64,000 nt of DNA from an uncultured Chloroflexia bacterium (GCA_963814375.1 CAWFCQ010000004.1:192001-256000); one strand, 5' to 3'; counted from the first letter of the stretch, positions 9,648 to 20,117 are shown. Numbers and translations: made by a program. The notes: a model not told the origin generated them from the letters alone.

Positions 9648-10229
9648 ATGATCCTGTCCGACCGCGACATCCGGGGCGAGATCGAGGCCGGAAGGATCGT
9701 CATCGAACCGTACCTCCCCGAGGCGGTCCAGCCGTCGAGCGTCGACCTGCACGTGGGCAACCGGTTCCGAGTCTTCCGCAACAACCGCACCGCCGTGATC
9801 GACCCACGCGAGGAGCAGCCCGAGCTCACCGAGCTCGTGGAGATCCGCGGCGACGAGCCATTCATCCTCCATCCCGGCGAGTTCGTGCTCGGGGCCACCT
9901 TCGAGCGCGTGGGACTGCCCGACGACCTCGTGGCCAGGCTCGAAGGCAAGTCCAGTCTCGGACGCCTGGGGCTCCTCATCCACTCGACCGCCGGCTACGT
10001 CGACCCCGGCTGGGAGGGGACCCTCACCCTCGAGCTGAGCAACGTCGCCAACCTGCCGATCAAGCTGTACGACGGCATGAAGATCGGCCAGATCAGCTTT
10101 CAGCGGCTCTCCTCGGCGGTGGAGGTCGGCTACGGCGACGCACGAATCGGCAGCAAGTACCTCGGACAGACCGATCCGACCGCCAGCCGCTACCACGCGG
10201 ACTTCGAGCGCGGACGGATCAGGCGGTGA
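9648..10229 (+). CDS. dcd: dCTP deaminase
   Basis: [42 protein letters not shown]. Confidence 0.97.
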   Translation: MILSDRDIRGEIEAGRIVIEPYLPEAVQPSSVDLHVGNRFRVFRNNRTAVIDPREEQPELTELVEIRGDEPFILHPGEFVLGATFERVGLPDDLVARLEGKSSLGRLGLLIHSTAGYVDPGWEGTLTLELSNVANLPIKLYDGMKIGQISFQRLSSAVEVGYGDARIGSKYLGQTDPTASRYHADFERGRIRR

Positions 10230-11110
10230 TCACGGAGCCCGTACATGCGATCTCGGAACCCCGTCGGTTCGCGGGCGGCATCTCCATCCGGATCGTCCGC
10301 GCCGGCTGGTTCCGGCCCGACGCGGGCGGGTTCTTCGGCGTCGTGCCGAAGCCGCTGTGGTCGCGATTTGTCGAGACCGATGAGCGCGGGCGGATCCTGT
10401 GCCGCCTCAACCTGCTCCTCGTCGAAGCGGATGGAAAGCGCATCCTGATCGAGACCGGAACCGGCGTCCGGATGACGGAGAAGGACCGCGACATCAAGGG
10501 CGTCGAGGGCGGAGACCCCGCCGCCGCGCTGCGCGCCGTCGGCGAGGACCCGGCCACGATCGACTTCGTGGTGCTGACGCACCTCCATTACGACCATGCC
10601 GGTGGGATGGTCGACGCGTCGTCGCGGCCGCTCTTCCCGAACGCGCGCTACGTCGTCCAGCGCGACGAGGCGGAGGCCGCCCACGGCGATGAGCTGCGGG
10701 TCCAGGGGATCATGGAGGTCGACCAGCTCGACGCCGTGCGTTCAGCGGGCCAGCTGGCCGAGGTCAACGGCGAGGTCGAGCTCGTGACCGGCGTCCGGGT
10801 CATCCGCACGGGCGGCCACACACGCGGCTCGCAGGCCGTGCTCATCGGCGTCGATCGGCCGGGGGGCCGTGCCGGCGACCCGACCGACCGCGCGATCTTC
10901 TGGGGCGATCTCATCCCGACCCGGTGGCAGATCCCGATCCGGTGGACGAGCGCCTTCGACGACTATCCGATCGACGCGATCGAGGTGCGCAACGAGCTCG
11001 TCGCGCGCGCTGCCGCCGAGGGCTGGTGGTGCTACTTCACGCACGACCCCGGCGAGCTACCGATCCGGATCGAGACGACCGAGAAGGGCGGCTTCCGCGC
11101 CGCCGGATGA
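10226..11110 (+). CDS. MBL-fold metallo-hydrolase (YtnP-like)
   Basis: [30 protein letters not shown]. Confidence 0.88.
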   Translation: MITEPVHAISEPRRFAGGISIRIVRAGWFRPDAGGFFGVVPKPLWSRFVETDERGRILCRLNLLLVEADGKRILIETGTGVRMTEKDRDIKGVEGGDPAAALRAVGEDPATIDFVVLTHLHYDHAGGMVDASSRPLFPNARYVVQRDEAEAAHGDELRVQGIMEVDQLDAVRSAGQLAEVNGEVELVTGVRVIRTGGHTRGSQAVLIGVDRPGGRAGDPTDRAIFWGDLIPTRWQIPIRWTSAFDDYPIDAIEVRNELVARAAAEGWWCYFTHDPGELPIRIETTEKGGFRAAG

Positions 11111-11181
11111 GCCGCGGCGGTATCATGCGGATGCCGCTTCCGACGCCCACCGAGACCACTCGTCGAAAGGACACTCCACCG

Positions 11182-11610
11182 ATGCTCTCAATGTCTGCCG
11201 CGCTGCGCCGCGGCGTGCTTCTCACCCTGGTCGCAATCCTTGCCCTGGCCCTCGCGGCGTGCGGCTCCTCGGAGCCGAGCGAGTCCGACGGAGGCAATGC
11301 CGGCGGCGGGACGGTCGCCGTCGTCGATGGCGAGGTCGCGATGACCGCGAACGACCTCGAGTTCGACGCGAGCACGATCGAGGCGCCCTCCGGCGAGGAG
11401 TTCACGATCACGTTCACGAACAACGAGTCGCAGCCGCACAACGTGGCGGTCTACACCGAGGAGGGTGGTGAAGCGATCATCCAGGGCGAGGTCATCACCG
11501 GCCCGGACGCGACCACCCAGGTCGTCGTCGAGGCGCTTGAGCCCGGCGAGTATTACTTCCAGTGCGACGTCCACCCGGACATGAGCGGGACGATCGTGGT
11601 GGAGGGCTGA
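11182..11610 (+). CDS. Cupredoxin-domain lipoprotein
   Basis: Lipobox LAAC; PHNV and YYFQCDVHPDM type-1 copper ligands. Confidence 0.88.
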   Translation: MLSMSAALRRGVLLTLVAILALALAACGSSEPSESDGGNAGGGTVAVVDGEVAMTANDLEFDASTIEAPSGEEFTITFTNNESQPHNVAVYTEEGGEAIIQGEVITGPDATTQVVVEALEPGEYYFQCDVHPDMSGTIVVEG

Positions 11611-11620
11611 CGCCCGACCG

Positions 11621-12179
11621 TCACGCTGCCTCGAGCAGCTCCTCGACGATCTCGACCATCCGGGCCGGCTCGAGCGGCCCGATCACCTCGCGCAGCACGG
11701 TGCCCGCCTCGCCGATGAAGTAGTGGCGCGGCAGGCCGTCGCTGCCCGCCCAGTCGTAGTAGGTCTTCAGCCCCGGATCGAGCAGGATCGGGTACGCCAC
11801 GCCGTACCGATCGACGAAGTCGGCGACCCCGCCGCGCTCCTCACCCCAGTTCACGCCGAGGACGAGCAGCTCATCGGCATGGGTCTCCGCAAGGGCCTGC
11901 ATCGCCGGCATCTCGCTGCGGCATGGCTCGCAGCTGGTGGCCCAGAAGTTCACCCACACCAGGCGGCCGTCGGCGTCGGTCGAGCGACCGTTCGTCGCCA
12001 TCGAGGTCATCCAGCTCGAGCGGGGGCGCAGGCTGCCCCACCAGCGCGCCGGCGCGCCCGTCGGGCTCGGCTCGAAGCAGCGGGATGAAGGCCAGCCAGG
12101 CGAGGGCGACCGCCAGCGCGACGATGAGACCGACCCAAAGCAGGCTCCCACGGCGCCGTCGCAGGGCCGACAGCGTCAT
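11621..12179 (-). CDS. TlpA/ResA-like thiol-disulfide oxidoreductase (one frameshift near 11980)
   Basis: N-terminal TM and GQPAPPLELDDLDG in one frame; VNFWATSCEPCRSEMP in the next. Confidence 0.82.
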
Positions 12180-12409
12180 CGGCCCGCCAGGATGTCGGCG
12201 AGGTCGGGACGAGTGATGACGAGCTCGAGCCGATCGACGCCGTCGATGGCGAGCACCGGGATGCGGTGTGCGTAGCGCACGAGGAGGTCGTCATCGGCGC
12301 TGATGTCGACCGCGTCCCAGCCATCGTTTCCGAGCATGTCATCGAGCAGGACGCCGGCTTCCTCGCAGAGGTGGCATCCCTCGCGGACATAGAGGGTCGG
12401 GCGCGGCAT
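12176..12409 (-). CDS. Glutaredoxin-like protein (DUF836)
   Basis: LYVREGCHLCEEA..RYAHRIPVL. Confidence 0.85.
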   Translation of the reverse strand: MPRPTLYVREGCHLCEEAGVLLDDMLGNDGWDAVDISADDDLLVRYAHRIPVLAIDGVDRLELVITRPDLADILAGR

Positions 12410-12443
12410 GGCGGCGATCATACGGTAGGATCGGCGGAGCGCC

Positions 12444-12519
12444 GCCCGCGTAGCTCAGTGGATAGAGCGCCGCCGTCCTAAGGCGGGCGTCGGGGGTTCG
12501 AGTCCCTCCGCGGGCGCCA
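12444..12519 (+). tRNA. tRNA-Arg(CCT)
   Basis: Acceptor GCCCGCG/CGCGGGC, D-arm GCTC/GAGC, anticodon arm CCGCC-GTCCTAA-GGCGG, TTCGAGT loop, encoded CCA. Confidence 0.93.
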
Positions 12520-12606
12520 CGCACGGGCATCGCCGATCCGGCGCGCAGGCCGTCGACATCGGCGTGTAAGGTGGGGGCGCTGATCCGATAAGGAGCTCCG
12601 CGAATC

Positions 12607-13317
12607 ATGCCGCGACTCACGTCCGTCCTCGTTGCCGAGGCCATCGGCACCTTTCTCTTCTTCTTCGTCGGCATCGGTGCCGTCGTGCTCGGTCCATTCA
12701 CGGGTGACACGAGCGGCGGGCTGATCGGCGTTGCGTTCGCTCACGGCCTCGCGCTCGCCGTCATGGTGTCCGCGCTCGGCGCGGTGTCCGGCGGCCATTT
12801 CAACCCGGCGGTGACCTTCGGGGTCCTGCTGACCGGACGGATCGAGCCGGCCCGTGCCGCGATGTACGTCGGTGCCCAGCTCGTCGGCGCCGTGGTGGCC
12901 GCCTTCGCCGTGCGCTCGGTCTTTCCCGAGTCGGCCTGGGAGCCCGTCCTGCTCGGTACGCCGGCGGTTGCCGACGGAATCAGCGTCGCGGGGGCGATCA
13001 TCATCGAGGCGATCCTGACGATGGTGCTGCTCGTAGCGGTGTTCGGCACCGCGATCGACCCGCGCGCGCCGAAGATCGGCGGCCTCGCGATCGGCCTGGC
13101 GGTGGCGGCCGACATCCTCATGGGCGGACCGCTCACCGGTGGCGCGATGAACCCCGCGCGCTGGTTCGGGCCAGCGGTCGTCTCGGGCACCTTCGACAAC
13201 TGGTACGTGTGGTGGATCGGCCCACTCGTGGGTGCCGCGATCGTCGCGCTGGTCTATCGCTACGTGTGGGAAGAGCGCGGCGAGCCCGAGGTGACACCCG
13301 CGACGCCGGAGGGCTGA
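12607..13317 (+). CDS. MIP family aquaporin
   Basis: SGGHFNPAVT and GGAMNPARW (two NPA motifs). Confidence 0.95.
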   Translation: MPRLTSVLVAEAIGTFLFFFVGIGAVVLGPFTGDTSGGLIGVAFAHGLALAVMVSALGAVSGGHFNPAVTFGVLLTGRIEPARAAMYVGAQLVGAVVAAFAVRSVFPESAWEPVLLGTPAVADGISVAGAIIIEAILTMVLLVAVFGTAIDPRAPKIGGLAIGLAVAADILMGGPLTGGAMNPARWFGPAVVSGTFDNWYVWWIGPLVGAAIVALVYRYVWEERGEPEVTPATPEG

Positions 13318-13321
13318 CCGG

Positions 13322-14029
13322 CTACAGCGCGAAGGTGAACAGCGTCGCCAGGCGTGCGAAGGCGTTGAGGTAGATGAGCACGCCGATGGCGACGATGAGG
13401 AGGCCGGTCACCACCTGCACGCCGCGGTGGTGCCGGCGCAGCCAGTCGACCAGCGGCCGAAGCCGCGGGAAGGCGATCGCCGCGGCCAGGAAGGGGATCG
13501 CCAGGCCGACGGAGTAGGCCGTCAGGAGCAGCGCCACCGCCGGCGCGGCGCCGCTCGAGGCGCCCATCGTGAAGATCGCGCCGAGGACCGGTCCGATGCA
13601 CGGCGTCCAGCCGATCGCCACGAGGGCGCCCAGCCCCACCGCGCGCCCCGTGCGGGCTGCCGGCAGCCACGTCGGGTCGACGCTGACCCGAAGCCGATCG
13701 AGCAGGGGACCGAAGACGCCAGTCGTGACGATGCCGAGCACGATCACGAGGATCCCGGCGATCTGGCGCGCCTCCGGGATGCGGAGCAGCGGACCGCCGA
13801 CGATGCCGATCGAGGTGCCGAGCACGACGAAGAGGATGCTGAAGCCGAGCACGAAGAGGAGCGCCTGGCCGAGGACGGCGCCGCGAGTCGCCGCAACGGT
13901 CCCGCTCTCATCGGCGACGGCGGCGTTGCCGAGAAACGCGAGGTAGACCGGGAGGAGCGCCAGGACACAGGGCGAGACGAAGCTGAGGGCGCCGGCGGCG
14001 ATGGCGACGGCGATGCTGACCTCGGTCAC
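13322..14029 (-). CDS. ccdA: Cytochrome c biogenesis protein CcdA
   Basis: SFVSPCVLALLPVY and GWTPCIGPVLG. Confidence 0.92.
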   Translation of the reverse strand: MTEVSIAVAIAAGALSFVSPCVLALLPVYLAFLGNAAVADESGTVAATRGAVLGQALLFVLGFSILFVVLGTSIGIVGGPLLRIPEARQIAGILVIVLGIVTTGVFGPLLDRLRVSVDPTWLPAARTGRAVGLGALVAIGWTPCIGPVLGAIFTMGASSGAAPAVALLLTAYSVGLAIPFLAAAIAFPRLRPLVDWLRRHHRGVQVVTGLLIVAIGVLIYLNAFARLATLFTFAL

Positions 14030-14038
14030 GGGCGGAGC

Positions 14039-15542
14039 CTAGCGGATGGCTGCAGGCGGAACCCCTGGCTCGACCACGATCGGCTGGGCGATGATCCAGA
14101 GGCTCAGGATCGTGTATCCGATCATGAGCGCCACCATCGGCAGGCCGGCAACCGTCGCCCTGCCGGCGGCGTCTCGCAGGGCGAGCCGATGCGCCAGGAC
14201 GATGCCGGCGATGTGGCCGCCGACGATGGCGGCAACGCTCAGGTACCAGATCAGCCCGATCGGGATCCAGTCGAGCAGCGGCGCCAGGCTGTTCAGCGGA
14301 TCGACGATGAGCGACGGAAGCCAGACCACGCCCTGGATGACGAGTGTCAGATAGTGCGCGATGAGATAGCCGGCGGCGATCGGCAGCAGCGACGAGGCAT
14401 ACACCCCGGCCGCGGTGTGGCCTCCGAGCCAACGCGTCAGCGCCTGCACCAGCGCGAAGGCACCGAGGAACGCGGCGACCACGAGCGCGAAGGCGATCGT
14501 ATCGGCGAGGAGGAAGGCGGTCAGGGTGATGCCGAAGGCGTCGGTCGCGGCCGGCAGAATCGCCTCGAGAAGAGCTCCCCCAAAGGCGGTCTCGCGCAGC
14601 CCGTCGAAGGTCACGCCCGCCAGCGCCAGGATGATGAAGGTCGCGTCCGACCAGCCCGCGCGCGTCACGTCGGTCAGCCCGACGAGCCACATGCGCCACG
14701 CCGGGCCGACGCTCGCCATCCTCCGCCGCGGTGGCGCACTCGGGACAGTCGATGCACCGATCCGGATCGCAGCCCTCGCCGCAGCCGGAGCACAGCTCGG
14801 GGCTCACCGCCCGCCGCCCGAGCGGACCGATGCGCCCAAGCCAGCCCAGCAGCACCTCGAACAGCTCCACGTGACGAAGCCAGGCGATCTGGCCGAAGAC
14901 GACCATTCCCGCCAGCGTGACGAGCGTGTAGATCACCATCAGGATCGCGACGGTCATGGCCTGGGCGCTGGCCGGCAGGATCAGCTCCGCCCAGATGCCG
15001 AGGGCAAGCAGCGCGACCGCCGGCCATCGACCCAGCGCGTCGGGGTACGCCAGGCCGAGGTCGAGCCTTTCGGCGCCGACGCGGCGGGCCGCCCACTCGA
15101 GCGCGCCATACGTGCTGCGGAATGGGCTCAGTGAGGGCCACGGATTGCCGATCAGCGCCGCGATGATCGGCAGCCCGACCCAGATGCCGATCCACAGGAG
15201 CACGCCGGGCAGCGGCGAGATGTCGCCGACGACGAACCCGACGACGATGGCGCCGTACCACCATCCGAGCCCGACGACACGCAGGATGACCCGGGCGGGA
15301 CCGGCGATCGACTCCGAGATCGGCCGCAGCGCGTACGGTGCGTCGCTCGGGCGGCGCGCGATGACGACGGTCGCCACGAACGACGCGCCCACCGCGATTG
15401 CCGCCCCGGCGAGGTAGAGCCACAGCGGCACCGGCAGCTGGAAGGTGCCACCGAGGGCATGCGCCGCCGCGGTGGCCGGCCAGCTCGCGGCCAGCGCCGC
15501 CAGCACGAGGGCGACGCCGCCCGGCGCCGCCCTACGGCTCAT
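14039..15542 (-). CDS. Polytopic membrane protein ('fenitrothion hydrolase'-like annotation class), frameshift near 14696
   Basis: Signal peptide then AHALGGTFQLPVPLWLY; C-terminal half TFDGL..SLLPIAAGYLIAHY..GHIAGIVLAH..MIGYT in the next frame. Confidence 0.7.
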
Positions 15543-15909
15543 GGACGGTGAGGAGGCCGACTCCAATGCCCGTCGGATCGTCGGCGGGATGCAGCTCGAT
15601 CGGGAACTGCCCGCTGCGGATGGCGGTGAACGTCAGCGTCAGCGTCTCGCCCGCCCGCACCTCGGCCGCCGGGACCTCCTCGTCGTAGCCGTGGATGTGG
15701 AGGAAGCCATCCACCTCGGACGCGACTTCGACGGTCAGCTCCTGGCCTTCGCAGGCGGCGGGATCGTCCGGTGTCAGCGTCGTCGCCGACAGCTCCAGCT
15801 CGATGGTGGCCGTCGGCTCGTCGCAGTCCGCCGAGCGTGTCGCCGGCACGCACCCCGACGCGGCGGCCAGCACGATACCGAGCAGCGCCAACGTCATCCT
15901 GCGACCCAT
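15532..15909 (-). CDS. Cupredoxin-like lipoprotein
   Basis: Lipobox ASGC; LHIHGYD and GQFPIELH. Confidence 0.7.
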   Translation of the reverse strand: MGRRMTLALLGIVLAAASGCVPATRSADCDEPTATIELELSATTLTPDDPAACEGQELTVEVASEVDGFLHIHGYDEEVPAAEVRAGETLTLTFTAIRSGQFPIELHPADDPTGIGVGLLTVHEP

Positions 15910-15953
15910 GGCAGGAGCAAGCCACATGCGAGGGCATCCTCGTAAGCTGCGTC

Positions 15954-18158
15954 TCATTGGTCGCCCCATCGCTCACGCAGGTAGGCGATCAGGTCCGACC
16001 TCTCGTCCGGCGTCAGCATTCCGGCGAACGCCGGCATCGGCGTGCCGGCCACGCCGGTGGCGATACGGTACGACAGCGCGGCGTCGGAGGTCGTGGGGAT
16101 CACCTGGGCCAATGGCGCCGGGGCCGGCAGGACCGACACCGGACCGTGCCCGTCGCCATCGGTCCCGTGGCAGCTGGCGCAGTTCGCCTGGTACAGAGCC
16201 CGGCCCGCGGACGCATCGCCCCTCGTCGCTGACGAGCCGGCCAGGGCATCGGCCGGTGGAGCGTTGGCGGCGGTGATGAGGGCACGGGAGCCCGTCGCCG
16301 CGACAACCAGGAGCAGCAGTGCGGCCGCCGCCCCGCGCGCGACCGATCGCCCAAGAGAGGGGCGGAGGCGGCCCAGGACGAACAGCGCCGCCGCTGCGAT
16401 GACGGCCACGAGGAGGCCGGCTGGGCCTGCCGGCAGGAGGCTCCACGTGGCGCCGAGCAGTCCCGGGACACCGATCCCGGTGTCCGCGGGTGGGGCGAGC
16501 TCGCCGCCGCCCGGATCGGCTACCGGAAGGTCGTAGGAGAGGGTGGCATCGGCGATGCCCTGCCGCCCGATGACGACATCGATGTGCCAATCGCCGACGA
16601 CCGGCGTGTGCGCCCCCGCCGTCGCCCACACCTCGGCCTCGGGGTCGCGCTCGAGCTCGACGCGCTCGCGCGGCAGGTCGCTCCCTGTCGGTGGGTCGAA
16701 GGCCAGGATGACGCGCTCGAGATCGGCGGCAGGCTCACCCGACGCGTCCCGCACCGTGACCCGATACGACTGCCTTCCCGGCGCGGGCAGGCTGACGGCG
16801 AGGTGCACGCGATCGCCGTCGAGGACGTCGAAGAAATGCGCCGGTCGCACGGCCGATGCGGTCCGGGTGTCCTGTCGGGCGGCAGCGGGCTGGATCGTGA
16901 CCATGGTCGCCGCGACTCCGACGGCCAGCAGCCCGACCGCGAGCTCCGCGCCGATCAGCCCGGCGCGGGCGGTCCTGCGCCGCCCGCGGAGCGCGAGATG
17001 GTTGACCGCACCGATGCCGAGCGCGACGCTGACAAGAATGGCCTTGGCCAGGAGGAGGTTTCCGTACTCGCTCCCGACGAGGTCCCGGGATCGGCCCAGC
17101 ACGAGCGGGGAGTTCGCGATCCCGGTCAGGATGACGAGCGGCGCAGCGACGAGGGCGAGGGATCCGTGGCGTCGGAGGATGTCGCCGAGCAGGCTGCGGC
17201 GACCTGACGCCGCGCGGCCGGCAAGGACGATGGCGGCGGGCAGTCCCCCGAGCCAGGCCGCAACCGCGATGAGGTGAAGAAAGTCGAGCGCCGCGAAGCC
17301 GGGCCCGCCGACCGCGGCCACGTGGCCCGCTGCGCTCATGCCGGCAGCAGCGACACCGAGGAGGAGGCCGGTGACGAGCGGCGCCCGCGCGCTCCACCCG
17401 CGCCGGTGAGCGAACGCCGAGGTTGCGGCGGCTGCCAGGGCCCCAAGAAAGGCAACGCGCGTCGCGACCGCGAATGGCGTCCATCCCAGTGCCGCCGGAT
17501 CCGCGCCGGTGCCTGATCGCGACCCCAAGGCCAGGTACGCTGCCATGCCGATGGCCGTCGCGAGTGCTGTGCCTCCCACCAGCGGCCAGGGAGGGCCATG
17601 TTCGAGGCCGGGTCGCAGCGCGAGGACCGGTCGGCCGGCCGTCGCCCACAGGATGAGGCTGCCGAGCGAGACGAGAAGGGCCGCCAACGTGAGCCAGCGG
17701 GCGGCGATCGTCAGCCCATCGACCGATGGGGATGTCGAGCTTGCCGTGTCGGCCGGCGGAGGTGCCGCCCCGGAAGGGTCGACGAGAAAGGCGAAGACAC
17801 CCTCGGTGACATGGCCGTCGACGGTCGAGACGACCCGGTAGGAGACCGTGTAGATCCCGCTCGCCAGGTCAGGCAGCGCTGCGATGAGCGCCCGATCGCC
17901 CTCGACCTGCGCCTGGCCGACTCCCGCGACCGGCAGTGATCGCGCGTCGAGGAGCTCGATGTGCGCCGAGCCCGGGTCGATCGCCTCGGTGAAGAGCAGC
18001 GTCAGGCGCTCGGGTGCCGCGACGACGGAGCTGTTCGGCTCCGGGGTGGATCCCACCAGCTCTGCGTGGGCGAGCGATGTTCGTGGCGTGGCGGCCAGTG
18101 CGAGAACGACGGCGACGATCGGGAGCAGAGGCCGGAATCGGCGACGAGATCGGGACAC
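15954..18158 (-). CDS. CopC-CopD-(YtkA-like)-cytochrome c fusion protein
   Basis: GGAGG RBS and GTG; HAELVGSTP, VSTVDGH (CopC); GHVAA, HLIAVAAWLGGL (CopD); C-terminal CASCHG..GTPMPAF. Confidence 0.85.
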   Translation of the reverse strand: MSRSRRRFRPLLPIVAVVLALAATPRTSLAHAELVGSTPEPNSSVVAAPERLTLLFTEAIDPGSAHIELLDARSLPVAGVGQAQVEGDRALIAALPDLASGIYTVSYRVVSTVDGHVTEGVFAFLVDPSGAAPPPADTASSTSPSVDGLTIAARWLTLAALLVSLGSLILWATAGRPVLALRPGLEHGPPWPLVGGTALATAIGMAAYLALGSRSGTGADPAALGWTPFAVATRVAFLGALAAAATSAFAHRRGWSARAPLVTGLLLGVAAAGMSAAGHVAAVGGPGFAALDFLHLIAVAAWLGGLPAAIVLAGRAASGRRSLLGDILRRHGSLALVAAPLVILTGIANSPLVLGRSRDLVGSEYGNLLLAKAILVSVALGIGAVNHLALRGRRRTARAGLIGAELAVGLLAVGVAATMVTIQPAAARQDTRTASAVRPAHFFDVLDGDRVHLAVSLPAPGRQSYRVTVRDASGEPAADLERVILAFDPPTGSDLPRERVELERDPEAEVWATAGAHTPVVGDWHIDVVIGRQGIADATLSYDLPVADPGGGELAPPADTGIGVPGLLGATWSLLPAGPAGLLVAVIAAAALFVLGRLRPSLGRSVARGAAAALLLLVVAATGSRALITAANAPPADALAGSSATRGDASAGRALYQANCASCHGTDGDGHGPVSVLPAPAPLAQVIPTTSDAALSYRIATGVAGTPMPAFAGMLTPDERSDLIAYLRERWGDQ

Positions 18159-18260
18159 GCAACCTCCGCGAGCGCGGCGAGACCACGATCGTGGTGACGG
18201 GGCCGGGCTGAGTATACGGATGGCGTTCGGCAGGAGGAGCACGAAGTGCGGCCCGCGCGG

Positions 18261-18276
18261 TGGCGTGCGGCTTGCA
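18261..18276 (+). promoter_or_regulatory. Putative sigma54 promoter
   Basis: TGGCGT-GCGGC-TTGCA upstream of the SRPBCC gene. Confidence 0.6.
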
Positions 18277-18313
18277 TCGGCAGGACGCATAAGACATCCC
18301 ATGGAGGATCCAG

Positions 18314-18778
18314 ATGGCCTCGGTTATCGAGAGCGTTGATGTAAAGGTGCCGGTCGGCACGGCCTATGACCAGTGGACGCAGTTCGAGGACTTTCCAAGC
18401 TTCATGGAGGGAGTGAAGTCGGTGACCCAAACCGATGACACGCACCTTCGCTGGGTGGCGGAGATCGGCGGCGTCGAGAAGGAATGGGACGCCGAGATCA
18501 CCGAGCAGCACCGCGACGAGCGCGTGGCATGGCGTGCGACCGCCGGCGCCGAGAACGCGGGAGTGGTCACCTTCCACCGCCTTGACGACGAGACGACGCG
18601 GGTTACGCTCCAGTTGGACGTCGATCCGGAGGGAGTCGTGGAGGGTGTCGGCACGGCGCTCGGGTTCCTCGATCGCCGCGTGAAGGGCGACCTCGAGCGG
18701 TTCAAGGAGTTCATCGAGGCGCGTGGCTCGGCCACGGGCGGATGGACGGGCGAAGTCGAGGCGCCGGCCCAACGATGA
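18314..18778 (+). CDS. SRPBCC/polyketide cyclase family protein
   Basis: AYDQWTQFEDFPSFMEGV..DLERFKEFIE. Confidence 0.9.
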   Translation: MASVIESVDVKVPVGTAYDQWTQFEDFPSFMEGVKSVTQTDDTHLRWVAEIGGVEKEWDAEITEQHRDERVAWRATAGAENAGVVTFHRLDDETTRVTLQLDVDPEGVVEGVGTALGFLDRRVKGDLERFKEFIEARGSATGGWTGEVEAPAQR

Positions 18779-19026
18779 ATGATCGAGCGTCCTCCGGTGG
18801 CGGCCTCACCGGCGCCACCGGCGACCTCACGCCGGACGAGGCGCAGCGCGAGTTCGAGCCGGGTGAGTTGCGCGAGGTGTCAGATCCGCTTCATCGCGCC
18901 GACGTCACCCAGGCGCAGGCCGCGCACTCATCCGAGCACGCGGACGTGACGGGGACGCATGGTGGCGCCGATCGCGATCCTCGCATCGGCGGCGATGAGA
19001 GCGCCGATCACGAGGACCACCTCTAG
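18775..19026 (+). CDS. Small acidic hydrophilic hypothetical protein
   Basis: ATGA overlap with the SRPBCC stop; GC3-rich codons. Confidence 0.6.
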   Translation: MNDRASSGGGLTGATGDLTPDEAQREFEPGELREVSDPLHRADVTQAQAAHSSEHADVTGTHGGADRDPRIGGDESADHEDHL

Positions 19027-19032
19027 GCGGTC

Positions 19033-19284
19033 TCAGCCAACCGGCTGCTTGACGTTGCTGTCCTCGTCGACCTCGATCCCGAATCGCTCCGCCGCCTTCA
19101 GGATCTTCTTCCGTGCGTCGTCCTTGGCAGTGTCGCTCTGGAAGTCGGTCTGGTTGAAGCGCGCGATCGCGTTTCGCACGTGTGACTCATCGTTGATCGG
19201 CAAATGCTCGCCACCGTCACGATCGACGTACGCGAACTGATCCTTGCGCAGGTCGTCGCGGTCCTTCGAGTCGAGCTCAGCCAT
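19033..19284 (-). CDS. DUF6582-like small protein
   Basis: GGAGGAG RBS; FAYVD..HLPINDESHVRNAIARFNQT. Confidence 0.8.
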   Translation of the reverse strand: MAELDSKDRDDLRKDQFAYVDRDGGEHLPINDESHVRNAIARFNQTDFQSDTAKDDARKKILKAAERFGIEVDEDSNVKQPVG

Positions 19285-19347
19285 GGGGTCTCCTCCCATT
19301 AGTTTGGCGAGGACAGATGTGGCACGTGGCGTGCCTGATGGCGGGCG

Positions 19348-20079
19348 ATGACGGAGCCAATCCGCATCGGCACCTCCGGTTGGGAGTACGACCACTGGGC
19401 GGGATCCTTCTATCCGGAAGGCCTGCCGCATACCCGATGGCTCGAGCACTACGCCGAGCACTTCGATACGGTTGAGCTCAACAATTCGTTCTACCGATTG
19501 CCTGCGGCCGACACGTTCCGCACCTGGTCCGGGCGCGTTCCCGACGCCTTTACCTTCGCGGTGAAAGCGAGCCGCTACCTGACGCACATAAAGCGGCTGC
19601 GCGATCCGGAGGAGCCCCTTCACCGGCTCTGGACTCGCGCGCGACGGCTCGGCGATCGGCTCGGCCCGGTTCTGTACCAGCTGCCCCCGCGATGGACGCC
19701 GGATCCCGGCCGGCTGCAGGCATTCCTTGCGGCGCTGCCCACCGGGCCGCAGGCAATCGAGTTTCGCGACCGGCGCTGGTATGTCCCTGATGTTCTCGGG
19801 GCCGTCGAGCGGGCATCGGTGGCGCTATGCCTTCACGACATGCCGGGATCGGCCACTGCGCCCAGCGCCGTCGGCCCGTTCGTCTATGTCCGTTTTCACG
19901 GATCGGGAGCGACGTACGGTGGTCGCTATTCCTCGCAGCGTCTCAGCGGCTGGGCGGATCGCATGTCCGGCTGGGCTGCCGAAGGGCTGCCGGTGTGGGC
20001 GTACTTCAACAACGACATCGGCGGTCATGCCTTCCGCGACGCCGTCCGCCTGCGCGATATGGTCGAGCGTCGCACCTAA
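19348..20079 (+). CDS. DUF72 family protein
   Basis: IGTSGWEY, VELNNSFYRLP, KASRYLTH, EFRD, YFNND. Confidence 0.92.
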   Translation: MTEPIRIGTSGWEYDHWAGSFYPEGLPHTRWLEHYAEHFDTVELNNSFYRLPAADTFRTWSGRVPDAFTFAVKASRYLTHIKRLRDPEEPLHRLWTRARRLGDRLGPVLYQLPPRWTPDPGRLQAFLAALPTGPQAIEFRDRRWYVPDVLGAVERASVALCLHDMPGSATAPSAVGPFVYVRFHGSGATYGGRYSSQRLSGWADRMSGWAAEGLPVWAYFNNDIGGHAFRDAVRLRDMVERRT

Positions 20080-20117
20080 GCCCTCGAATCACGTTGACAG
20101 GCAAGCGCTCGGTCGGT

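Noticed and set aside
11960-12000. Programmed frameshift in the TlpA gene
   Set aside because: No slippery sequence, and the same single-base insertion pattern recurs in unrelated genes
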